A stretch of 63,308 bases of DNA, filler included, from Choristocarpus tenellus KU-1152 (Eukaryota; Protista; Phaeophyceae): assembly GCA_964200185.2 (NCBI GenBank). It is 12 parts of 12 records of this genome, joined end to end, with 100 filler letters (N's around TTAATTAATTAA, not from the genome) between each part and the next. Parts side by side here need not be neighbours in the genome. Positions count along the whole stretch, not along the records: positions 47,115 to 54,897 come from CAXNAD020005583.1; positions 54,998 to 59,979 come from CAXNAD020012284.1; positions 60,080 to 63,308 come from CAXNAD020021395.1; 9 more parts are not named here. One strand, written 5' to 3'. Positions 52,348-63,308 of the stretch are shown in pieces. The first letter of the stretch is position 1. Each line of letters begins with the position of its first letter. The notes under the pieces were generated by a model. It saw only the letters and a program-made list of their open reading frames with translations. It was not told the origin of the DNA and made no database searches. Made by a program: the position numbers and the translations under genes.

Positions 52348-54897
52348 ATGGAACGCACCCTAAAACCTCCCGTCTTCACTGGCGACGACTCCTCCTGGGA
52401 CGCCTTCAAACTTGACTTCGTGGGCATCCTGAGCTGTGTTGCACCCAACGCCCATCACGTCCCACCGCTGCCACTGCTTCACCCTCCACCACCTACGATG
52501 AGGACAACAACCAGCTCTACGGCATCCTCCTTGCTACTTGTCGTGGACCCACCAAGTACCTACTGCATGGACTCCAACATCGCGATGAGACCCAACTGAA
52601 TGATGGGTTGTCCGCATGGCAGGCACTGAAGTCCAAGTACGAAGCGGCAACCAAAAAAGAATGCGTGCAGTTCATCGTCGCTTCGAGAACTGTACCATGG
52701 AGACTAGCGAAGACCCCGACCAATGGCTCCTACGTCTCTACAAGGCCAAGGCGGAATTGGAAGGCTTCGGTGAAGCCATCAGTGATTTTTGCCTGCGGGC
52801 TGCAATAATCTCTGGACTGTCGCCTGACTACGATGTGCTTCGCAGCCAAGTACGCTTCCAGTCTGAGTACTCCACTGAGGACCTCACTACAGCCATTCGG
52901 GAAACGTATAACGACCTGAACCTGGCTGACTCCTACACAGTGCTTCTAACCTTGCACTGTCCGCCAAGACACGCCTCTGCTACCTCTGCAAGCAACCTGG
53001 TCACCATCATCGCCACTGCCCCAACCGTCCCTCCACTTCAGGCCCACTCCCACCTGCTCACACCCCACCTGCTCTCACCCCCTACACACCCACTGGCATG
53101 TGGTGCTCCTTTCACATGTCATCCACACACACTGACCAAGAATGTCGCGCCCAAAAACGCTACCTTTCCCCGCCAACCGCCCCCCATCCAACCAACGGAC
53201 CACCAACCATTCCCAACTAGACCGCTACCACCTCTATCACTACCTCAGCTCCATCAGATGGCTGGGGTTAAGATGCAACTGGCCACTACTCTTACTGCTT
53301 TTCCACCATCACAACACACCATACCACTCCAATCCAAGATTCCCAACCAACCGAACTCACCTCCTTTATAGTCGACTCCGGCTGCACAACCCACATGGCC
53401 GATCCCACTCTCCTTACCACCCATCACCACTTCCTGTCCCACTTCACCACCATTGCCAACCCCATCACTGTCTCGGATATTGGGAACCTGCACCTCACAG
53501 CACATCAGCAAGCTCTCTTCACAGGATTGCTGCAACACCCCCCATCAAGGCCTTCACACTCCACGTTCACTGTTCTGCTGGTACCTGGACTTAGTCGTCA
53601 CTTGTACTCTGCATGTGCTGCAGCGACTACTGGATGGACCACCGTGATATCCCATCAACCGCACCTCATCAATGGCAAGACCTTCATACCACTACGAACT
53701 CTGGGTTCCCTGTACTACCTGGACTTCTCCGCCTGCCCTGCTACCCCCTCATCATCCAACCCCATTATCCCCACTGCACTCTCAGCACCACCCACTACCC
53801 CTCTTGCCACCCTCACCCATCCTACTACACATGCCTTACCACCACCTCCACCCTCCTCAGCATTTTCCACCCTCCTCCTCTGGCACCATCGCCCAGCCCA
53901 TCTCAATGACCGCGATCTACACCGCCTTAAATCCCAACACCCTGCCGACCTTACCTTTCCCACAACAGAACACCTCCCTCCATGCTCCTCCTGTGCCATG
54001 AACAAGTCCTCCCACCAACCCCATTCAAAAATTTCCACCATAGCCCGGCAACCCCTAGAGATTGTCCTTACCGATGTCACTGGGCCAGTGTCACCACCGT
54101 CCTTCTTGGGGAGCCGCTACGCTGTCATCTACACTCTGCTACCCGCATGTGCCACATCTACTTTATTTGATCCAAGTCCGGCGTGTTTAACACCCTTCGG
54201 CGCTACCATACTGACGTTTACTGCCAACACTGGGTACCGCATCAAGACCCTCCGCTCGGACAACGGTGGCGAGTATACAGGACGCGACATCTCCACCTAC
54301 TGCACCCACCATAACATCCGCCAAGAGTTCACCAACCCCTACACCCCCCAAGACAATGGCCTGGCTGAACGACAGTGGCGCTCCATCTTCCCCAAAGCAC
54401 GCTCCATCCTAAACAGCACGGATCTACCCAAGCAACTTTGGACTGAAGCTATTGCCACAGCCACCCACCTCACCAACCTGTCACCCACTGCCACACTCAA
54501 CTACGACACTCCCTACCACGCCTGGCACACAACTCAACCTGACCTGTCCATCTTCCGTGTCTTCGGTGCTCGGGCCTATGTACATCATAACCGCTCCCAC
54601 GGAGGTAAAATGGCACCTACAGCATGGACAGGGCGCATGGTTGGTTTTTGCACGCTCAGCACTGGGTATCGTATCTGGAAACACACACTAACAAAGCATT
54701 CAACACTCGTATGTCACTTTTATTGAAAAAATCCCATCCACATTGCCCCTGCCCCATTCAGACCCAGATCAATCCACCTCCCTCATCCTCTCAACACCTA
54801 ACACCACCAGCCCCCCCCCCACTCTTATCACATGACCCCACTGACCTTACACCCACACCACCAGATCAAACATGCATACAGCACTCCCCGTCTAGCC
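52348..54897 (+). mobile_element. Ty1/copia LTR retrotransposon 2, degenerate gag-PR-IN
   Basis: KPPVFTGD..W; CYLCKQPGHHHRHC knuckle; FIVDSGCTTHM protease; LWHHR.AHLN; IKTLRSDNGGEY; YTPQDNGLAER; FRVFG. Frameshifted and truncated at the linker. Confidence 0.95.
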
Positions 54898-55137
54898 NNN
54901 NNNNNNNNNNNNNNNNNNNNNNNNNNNNNNNNNNNNNNNNNTTAATTAATTAANNNNNNNNNNNNNNNNNNNNNNNNNNNNNNNNNNNNNNNNNNNNCGA
55001 TAGAGTTGGAAGAGTCTAATCGAACAGTTCACCCACACATACAGGGCGCAGGTGGGCTTGCATATCGCCGTGCTATTTGACGACTGTGCAGATGTGTACA
55101 TGTCATTATGCTAGGCAACATCCGTACTTCCTAACTA

Positions 55138-55432
55138 TAATTCATCCAATCGTAACACCACGTACTCTTCCTGCTTGTCAATTGCTATGTTTGTATGTCT
55201 GCGTGTGCAGGTTGTAAAGGAAGTGAGGATGCAGCACTTCGCGAGGATGTGCACGGATGTCTTGGCTGGACAAGGACTTACTCAATAATTCATCCAATCG
55301 TAACACCATGTACTCTTCCTGCTTGTCAATTGCATACGTTTGTATGTCTGCGTGTGTAGGTTGTAAAGGAAGTGAGGATGCAGCACTTCGCGAGGATGTG
55401 CACGGATGTCTTGGCTGGACATGGACTTACTC
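55138..55432. repeat. ~148-bp tandem duplication
   Basis: 55138-55283 and 55286-55432 are near-identical (AATTCATCCAATCGTAACACCA...GGACTTACTC). Confidence 0.9.
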
Positions 55433-55973
55433 TCCTTAGAGGCGAGACTCCTCAATAGCATGAATGGAACGACATTGTTGAGACTGCTGCCCATGTTTTC
55501 TCCAACGATGCAACTAAGCGATTCACGTCAGAGGCGCTTTCTCTCTCCTATGTAGTCCGAACAGAAACCTTCCTAGAGAAATGGGTACATCCGACTTTGG
55601 TTGAAATGTTTGATCTTTTGTGTAACTATGTTTGCATCGGATCAATGCGATTGCTACACTATCTACCGTCCGAAATTTGTCCAGGTGAGACAGGCACCCA
55701 CGATGTACATGAGGTTTACTTGCCCACTCCCCATGTACTCCTCCATAGCAGGGGAGTCAGGAACAAGCGTCCCTAGACTGACGCAGAGGGAGATAAACCA
55801 AAGAGGAGACGCGGAAAGGGGAAAAAGAACAAGACGAGGAAAAGCAATCCACACTTTAAGTCGGCAGCCAGGATAAAGGAGGATCTGCCATTGGATATCG
55901 ACAAACTCTATGTGGCGTATGCCAGGAGAATGCACCTGATGAATGTTCTCATCAAGGGAGCAGTTGCTAACGT

Positions 55974-56947
55974 TGTTGAAACCTGAATCGAATACATCGC
56001 ACATGTAGGCAAAATGCGTAGACTACTAGCGATGAAGAATCATGGTGTTGCAAAGCACCGATGAGTGATATGCGTAGTCTATGTTATGTATAGGTGTGAT
56101 GATGCTACAAAGCACCGATGTAGTTATTCTGTTGTAACGGAGGTCATTGATCTCTCAGTCAAGAATGATATGATGTGGATTCAGTGTTCTTTCATGTGGT
56201 ACTCAACGAAAGAAGTCCATGCTCTGTGGAGAGACTTGTTACCTTGACTGGCGGCAAGGGTTTCCACGGATGGTCTTAAGTCTGATTATATTACATCCAT
56301 GTGTGTGAGTCAAAGTATCTTAAAGGGTAGGGCGTCCATTTGGAGGCCAAATACAATGTTGTGATTTCCATGTAATTTTATCCCTCGTATTTGTTAGGAA
56401 GTGTCAGTATCCTTGTTCCGGACATACCATTTCAAAACATATACAAATTACCTACTCTGAAACATTTTGGAGTAGGCAAAATATGATAAAACCCCATGGG
56501 AAGCCAAGCCCCAAATGGACAAACAGGGCAAAGCTCGTACCCTCTAAGATACTTTCACTCTGTGTGAGATACACAGTTTGCAGAGTGGCGTTGATGCACT
56601 TTGAGAGACCAATGGCAGTCACGAAAGAAATAGTAATGAGCCATCAATATACAACTGTCATCTTCTTCTGCTGGTAAGGAGAAAGAGTGAAAGAAAAACA
56701 AACAGAATAACAGAACAAAATTGAAACTATATGTGATGCAACTAAAGTGACGTACATTATACTATAATATTTGTGTGGAACGCAGAGCGACTGTTCTGTA
56801 CTAAGGTGTTCTGATTGTAGTTGATATGGTGATGACGAACTAGTGAAAGTAACGTCCAGAATGTAACAGACTAATCAACAGTCAGTGTTGACTGGTGGAA
56901 CTGTATCGTATTAAGGAACAAACAGATGAGTAGCCTATGTTTTAACA
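55974..56947 (-). mobile_element. Solo LTR of the copia-2 family with TSD
   Basis: TGTTGAAA...TTTTAACA termini, perfect 5-bp TSD AACGT/AACGT, homologous to 51547-52244. Carries a nested MITE-A. Confidence 0.88.
56307..56560 (-). mobile_element. MITE family A copy nested in the solo LTR
   Basis: Full TIRs. Inserted in a (TG)n tract, so the TSD is ambiguous. Confidence 0.92.
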
Positions 56948-59176
56948 AACGTCGCAGTGCAGGACCTGAACGACCTCAGGAGGAAGGACAAGCTCAGCCT
57001 CAACCTTCAAGCAGGAGAATCTTCAAGCGGAGTGACTGCCGCTGGGAACCCAAAGAAACCATACACCCTGTCCGAACAGGTACCCGGGGGTGTGTGACAT
57101 TTGTCCTATCTCTCATTTGTACCACCATTCCTAATCCTTCACAAACTCAACAACCCCTTTGAACTATTTTTTTTTTCCCAACCCGTGCTAATTGGACGAT
57201 GATAAAGGATCTTGTGTTGCAGGGTGTCGAAAAAGGTGACCTGTTCCTCAACATCGTCAAATTCTCCAAGGGTGTTACCCTAAATGTGGGCGCTAACAAC
57301 AAAGGAAAAAAACAACTTCTTCTCAAAGCAAAATATGTATACTTCCCACATGCTTCTTCGCCTCCACCACTCTGTTTCTTCTCTCATACGACTTCATTCC
57401 CTTCATTACACACTTACTTAACGCCCATGTGTCTTCAGGTCTACGTATGTCACAGATGTTTTGAAACAGAGAACGAATGCATGGACATATTTTTACTCGA
57501 ATGTGTAGTGTCCATTGGCACGACACAGCATACACTTGCCTGATTCTGTGCCTCAACATTTAACATTACGTAACTGTATCTGTTCTCTACCTCTGTCGCT
57601 GACAGTGCTTGTCTTTTGGAATTTTGAAGCTATCAATTTTCCATTAAATCCAACTATATACGACTAGTTGTGCCAAGAGTTCTTTAGGTTCCATTACGAA
57701 CATCGAAGCATTTAATTCTTACGACAGCCAAATATTGTAGAAAATAACCCATCATCCGATTTACAAAGAAACGCATTGCTTTTGAAAATCAGGGAATTGT
57801 CCGCAACGATTCTCCATTGTTTTTTGACGTCCATCTACTTGGCCTGTTCCTTTGTCGTGACGTCCACTGTCACAGAGTTGAGCCGTGTAACTCACATCAC
57901 CATTACGCCGGACGGTAATGTGACAGCAGAATATAATGTAGAGGAGGTACTCGACGAAACCAGTGTGTCCCACGAGAACGAGATAGCAAATCTGGCAACC
58001 CAGCCGGGAGGCACGGTGATCACATGCACCGTTCTGTGGGCGGTAGTCACAACCCAGAGCGACTGGATGTCCTTCTCAATAACCTCTCCAAGTTCTCCAT
58101 CCTTACACCCTCCAAGATACCAGTGGAGGGTAGCATATCGAGACGTTTTGGTCGTGGAGGTCTCGACTCCGAGTGTGGTTAAGGGAAGAGGAGAAGCCAA
58201 CACTTCTCCCCACATAATACAAGGGGAGAGCACATGACTCTGACGATGCTTCTAGCCTGGGTAGCAATCCAGGGGATGCTCTGTGGGCTTGGATTGGAAG
58301 ACAGCGACAGCTCGCGAAAACCCCATGACAACTTGCACAGGGGCAGGGATTAGGACGAGTTGCTAGCCCAGGGAGGCAGAGAAGGATCCAAAAAGTCAGG
58401 TGGAGGAGGATGTTTGTAAATAGTGCTGCTGATACACTATAGACACCACCGGTGGATTAGGTAATATGATGGAGAGCCAGTGACAGATGTATCATATGTA
58501 CTGACTCATGGTGTGTCCATTGATTTTTGTGTCATGTTCAAGATACATTTGCTATACTTAAGACAAGTAAATAAGTAATTCATAGTAAAGTAGTGTGGAC
58601 GATTGCAAACCCCACTATAGGAATAGTAATGGTAGCCTAGGTCTGTATCACTCCCCACCAGTTCAGTCAACGGAATTGAGACCATAAGCCCCTTGTAACA
58701 TTAATATTGTATATCTACATCAAGCTATTCATTGTCCTCTATCAAGGCACACAGTCGCGGGTCCAGTGTCCAATATTTCAACAGAGGAGCCCCTCTAATG
58801 GGGGCCTCTGGCAACCGCGCGATCAGAAGACAACTCTCTTCGCAATGGCAACCGATCGGGTGGATTCGTTCTGGACTCTTCCAACCAACATGATAACACC
58901 GACATAGAGGAAATGCCTCGCACACTCTCTAGGTCTATATTTGAGACAAAGGATCCAAGGAAGTTTCCAATCATCGACGCGGTAGACACAAGCGCGGACT
59001 AGTCCGTAGATGGTGGCTTTCTGGGCAAACGGCTACGGGAGAATTGACAGTTCCAACGAGGACCGACTTAGTGCAGTGTGTAGTGACATTGTGTGTCCAC
59101 GGGTTGGGATATTCCCCCAGACAAATGCAATGCAATAATAGTGAAACAATAATCAGACACATCCGAACTAATCGAG

Positions 59177-59431
59177 GAGCCAAAGTATCTTAGAGGGTAG
59201 AGCCGCGTCCATTTGAGAGCCAAAGTTCAATGTTGCGATTTTATGTAATTTTGGCCATCGTATTTGTTAGGAAGTGTCAATATCCTTGTTCCAGTCACAC
59301 CTTTTCGTAACGCATATATTTTACCTACTCCGAAAATATTTGGAGTGGGAAAATGTAAAAAGCAAAATTATGGGTAGCCAAACCCCAAATGGACAAACAG
59401 GGCAAAACTCGTACCCTCTCGAGATCAACTC
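59177..59431 (-). mobile_element. MITE family A copy, one TIR degenerate
   Basis: GAGCCAAAGTATCTTAGAGGGTA start, full internal body. Confidence 0.88.
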
Positions 59432-59901
59432 ATAACCGAAACATTTTGACTAATTCTTCCGTTATTCTGCACGCCATTTGCGCACACGCCTGTGAAGAGT
59501 CCTTCTTCTCATGCGCGAGGTACGCGAGCACACATATACTCCGACTTACCCACTCACTCTAACACTTGCATTCTGCATTGTGCACCTCTCAATACTACAT
59601 CGAGAGGCAATAACTGATATATCCCTAGTCCCCTCCCCACGGGAATATGATCTCAGTTGGATGAAGCTAGGGAAGGTCTGCATGTCTGCATAACATGGTC
59701 TCAGACTATCCAGCCTTGGGGGAGCCTTCGTCTGGAGGTGCTACATTCACAAATTTTCCAGCAGATAATGTTGACGAATGAGTACAGGACACAGAACTGG
59801 AAGACATTGAAGCCCTGTGGCGTAACAGGTACTTGATGGGACTTCTTCCCTGCTTACACAAGGAGCAGGGGGACACCTCCACGGCAAACTGTCTCCTCTG
59901 T

Positions 59902-59935
59902 GGGTCAAAGTATCTGGGGGGGGGGGGGGGGGTTT
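59902..59935 (+). mobile_element. Family C TIR end + poly-G
   Basis: GGGTCAAAGTATCT followed by a G-run near the contig end. Confidence 0.65.
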
Positions 59936-60148
59936 GGGAGGGGGCGGAGGTTTTGGGCAACCATCTTTTTTTTTTGCTTNNNNNNNNNNNNNNNNNNNNN
60001 NNNNNNNNNNNNNNNNNNNNNNNTTAATTAATTAANNNNNNNNNNNNNNNNNNNNNNNNNNNNNNNNNNNNNNNNNNNNTTCCGGGAGGGTCTTGTCTTC
60101 TTTTTAACGGCCTTCCGGGTTGCGCCCCCAAGGAGGACCCGGGGGGCG

Positions 60149-60179
60149 CCCCCCCCCCCCCCCCCAGATACTTTGGGCC
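60149..60179 (-). mobile_element. Family C TIR end + poly-G
   Basis: C-run followed by AGATACTTTGGGCC near the contig start. Confidence 0.6.
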
Positions 60180-60200
60180 ACTGCCAGATGTGCACTACAC

Positions 60201-61532
60201 CTGCCCCCCTGTTGTTGTGGTCAACGCCATGCAGGCCTCTTGTGCTTTCCGTAGCACACAGTTTATGACCTTTGCCTGGTGATATGGTGTCATTGGTACA
60301 TTGCCTTTCTTCCACCTGAAAAAAAATCGAAATTCAAGGAAGGGGAGGTCATAATTTAGACTTTAATGCTGGAAGAAAGAAGGTGAGACGCTTTGTAATC
60401 CTCCAGCCGTCACACCATGAGTGGGAGAAACCCCTCTTCTCCTTTTTGGGATATATTTCACGACTATGGTTGGAGTTTAGGGGTAGGGGTAGGGTTAGGA
60501 TTAGTTAGGGCTAGGGTTAGGCAAATGTGGAGGGAGGTGTCTCTCAATCACGGAGGGGCACAGCTTTACCCCAATCCTAACCATGACCTTACCTCTAACC
60601 CTAAGTCGTTATAAATAGGATGTAAAAAGTGAAGGGGGTGTTCTGAGGATGGGGTGACGACTAAAGCAATACACACTCATGGTGGTGTTGATACCAGGCC
60701 ATCAACAGGGATGTATCCTACCATCCATCCATGTACAGGCATTTTATCAGGAAAAAGCAACATGCTGTTAGTAACGCATCTAGTAAGTATGACTGCAGTA
60801 CGATAGAGTCAAAGTAAGCGAGAGGTACCCGTGGTTGCATTTTATGGATGCTGACAACCACATGCAAAAATCAGAACTTTGTACAAACGGGTAGAAAAAC
60901 ATTTAATTTTGGCTGGAATTACTTGATCACTAGAAAAAATCGATTGTATCATACCAAATCTTAGCACTTGAACCATAAAAACAAGGGTGAATTGCAAAGA
61001 TGGGAAAAGTGTCTTAAAAAATGCAAAACGACCAAAACCTGTGTGCCTCTCGTTTACTTTGACCTGATAGTAGTAAACGCATAAACAGAGGAAAACTAAG
61101 TGCACTAGGTAATGCGTCCTCACATAATCTGCGGTTGTACAATGTTCTCCAACACTTCCAGGAGGCGCATCACCTCCGCCGGGACGGTCTTAACTTGGCC
61201 CGTTCCAGGAACCTTTGCCATCTCCAGCTTGGCCTCCATCCTTGCCCCATGGAAAGCCAGCACACGGATGGCTTCCGAGTCGGTGCTGGAAGCAATGGTG
61301 GCGGCCACCATGTTTTCCAGCCCTCGCAGCAGCCAGGAGTCAATGACTCTTCTCGGTACCCACCCCACCCCTGGGGGAGGGGTCTGAATGACATCCTTGA
61401 CGTCGCCGTCAGTACTGCAGCTGGCACTGTTGTTGCTCAGGTCATGTTCGGGAGTCTGGGGCGAAGCAGGACAAGTTTTGAGACAAATGGGGGTTCGTTG
61501 GGGGCAGGAGGCATTGGAATCGGGCCTTGAGC
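60201..61532 (-). CDS. Two in-phase exons of an unidentified protein
   Basis: Exon 61532-61124 (…LLEVLENIVQPQI) splices in phase to 60315-60201 (MWKKGNVPMTPYHQAKVINCVLRK…). AG/GT borders. No recognised domain. Confidence 0.5.
60806..61065 (+). mobile_element. MITE family B copy
   Basis: GAGTCAAAGTAAGCGAGAGG...CCTCTCGTTTACTTTGACCT, TSD GATA/GATA. Confidence 0.88.
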
Positions 61533-61923
61533 CTGGTGGTCGAAGTGGTTTAGTTGTGGCGGATATTTGACAAAGACAAGGTTGAAGCAATCGGATCAGG
61601 TTGGGATACAAATACCCACGTCACACTGAGGCCATAAGACACCAGGGCCGTGCAACAGTGTTCTGCCATCTTATCTGTATGTACCTTAGAAGGGGGATCG
61701 AACCAGGCACGTAAATACATACATACATCTAAACATCTTACGATTTTACTGATTGAAAAAATGGTTTCGTTTTTGGAACATTTTTAGTAGTGAGATCCCA
61801 AAAATTGCAGTTTGCTTTTGGCTGGATCTTTTTCAAAATTGCGTACATATTGGGAGATATTTTCTTACAGTATTGATAATCTCTCATGCAGGCACTGAAA
61901 AGAGAAACTAGGGGTTGGAAAGA

Positions 61924-62181
61924 AGGCCAAAGTATCTTAGAGGGTAGGGCTGTGTCCATTTGGGGGTCAAAATCCAATGTTACGAATTCGATGTAATTTT
62001 GGCTATCGTCTTTGGTAGGAAGTGTCAATATCCTTGTTCCGGACACACCTTTTCATAACTTACATATTCTACCTACTCTGAAATCATTTCGGAGTGGGAA
62101 AATGTCATAAAACCCCCGAGGGAAGTCAAGCCCCAAATGGACAACAGGGCAAAATTCGTACCCTCTAAGATACTTTCACTC
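61924..62181 (-). mobile_element. MITE family A copy
   Basis: TIRs present, flanks AAGA/AACA. Confidence 0.9.
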
Positions 62182-62629
62182 AACAGATGTAAGTTAAGGC
62201 AAAGGTCAACACAAGAAAGGTTCATTCATGTATAAGAAGGTATGAACGATCCGTCAAAATATAAAAATCCAGTTATACATTATGACTTGCAAAATCTGGA
62301 TGTCCCTTCGAAGTATATGACACATAAGTATATGACACATATTATGAATGTTCTTATCATGGTTAGGAAAAACAAGAAACCCTCACTACTCTTGTTATTT
62401 TGAGGCAGGGATATAAATATATGGTCTTGTGTTTGTTTTGAAGTTGCGTGGGGATAGCTGGGGTGAGGTACCATCGGTGGGGGGAAAAAATGTGTCCTCC
62501 ATTATTTTTTGTAAATTGAATATCATCAAGATCGTGGTGGATATCTCCCATGTCTGATTCTGATCAAAGACTCTCAGCAGAGTTTTAGATGTTCACCTCC
62601 AAATAGGCCAATGCACACCATCACTGAAT

Positions 62630-63236
62630 GAGTGAAAGTAGCTTTGCCCTGTTTGTCCATTTGGGACTTGGCTTCCTTCGGGGTTTTTTACGATATTTTT
62701 CTAGTCCAAAATATTTCGGAGTAGGTAAAATGTATACGTTATGAAAAGTTGTGTCCTGAAGAAGGATATTGACACTTGCTAACAAAAACAAGTGAAAGTA
62801 TCTTAGAGGGTACGAGTTTTGCCCTGTTTGTCCATTTAAGTCTTGCCTTCCCACACCCGTGGTCAGAGAGAGACCTTACAAGCGATACTTCTGGAGGACC
62901 GCAAAAATAAAATGACTGCTTACCCTTTGTTGTGACCAACTCTTGAACTGCAACTTTATCTTCAGTGTCTGTCTCGTTTGTTTCTTGCTTATCGCACGTT
63001 GGGTTCAGTAATCCAACAGCTCATCGCTCCACCTACTCCCTGAAATCTTGTGTGGGACTTGACTTGCACAGGTGGGTTTATGACATTTTCCCTCTCCAAA
63101 AATATTTCGGAGCAGGAAAAATTATATACGTTATGAAAAGTGTGTCCGCAACAAGGATATTGACACCTCCTAATAAACATGATAGCCAAAATTACATCAA
63201 AATCGCAACATTTGATTTTGGCCCCCAAATGGGCGC
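62630..63236 (+). mobile_element. Cluster of rearranged MITE-A fragments
   Basis: Left-half copy 62630-62790, a second left end 62790-62852, and a right-part copy 63054-63236 after about 200 bp of unrelated sequence. Confidence 0.8.
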
Positions 63237-63308
63237 TATTAAAGAAAATTGTGTTCTCAAGACTTGTGTGTGTAAATAACTAGATTATTTCCTCATTATG
63301 TAGAACAG

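Noticed and set aside
56950-59160. ORFs of 100-150 aa as genes or a transposase
   Set aside because: No recognisable motifs or consistent splice model. Probably decayed repeats, left uncalled.
8030-60079. Regularly recurring TTAATTAATTAA flanked by Ns, as a biological repeat
   Set aside because: Invariant 100-nt artificial linker. ORFs ending in X runs and any gene neighbourhood across linkers are artefacts.
61690-61712. tRNA gene (B-box-like GGTTCGATCCC on the minus strand, also near 9410)
   Set aside because: No cloverleaf or acceptor stem. At most SINE-like remnants.

Overview
Eukaryotic, intron-rich, repeat-rich DNA from a photosynthetic stramenopile, most likely a brown alga (inferred from an LHC gene with an ASAFxP bipartite plastid-targeting motif, TTAGGG-type repeats and long GT-AG introns). 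The window is not contiguous genome. It consists of 12 short contigs joined by 11 artificial 100-nt linkers (N44-TTAATTAATTAA-N44), so no synteny can be read across them. Genes spliced by hand: a partial gene joining an EF-hand pair to a dsRNA-binding-like domain (174-6104, +), a partial Vps34 class III PI3-kinase (8512-11277, -), a complete 4-exon Lhcr-type light-harvesting protein (16105-17866, +), a complete 5-exon TAF13 (29463-34178, -), VPS13-like exons and a few unassigned exons. Mobile DNA dominates. It includes three related ~260-bp non-autonomous TIR families sharing a GRGTCAAAGTA terminus with 4-bp TSDs (Sola2-like, over 20 copies or fragments), two head-to-head degenerate Ty1/copia elements (one with a half-tRNA-iMet PBS), solo LTRs with TSDs, a decayed PIF/Harbinger transposase and a CRE-like non-LTR 3' end. 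The most interesting candidates are the EF-hand/dsRBD fusion and the MITE system with asymmetric 17/7-bp end spacing.
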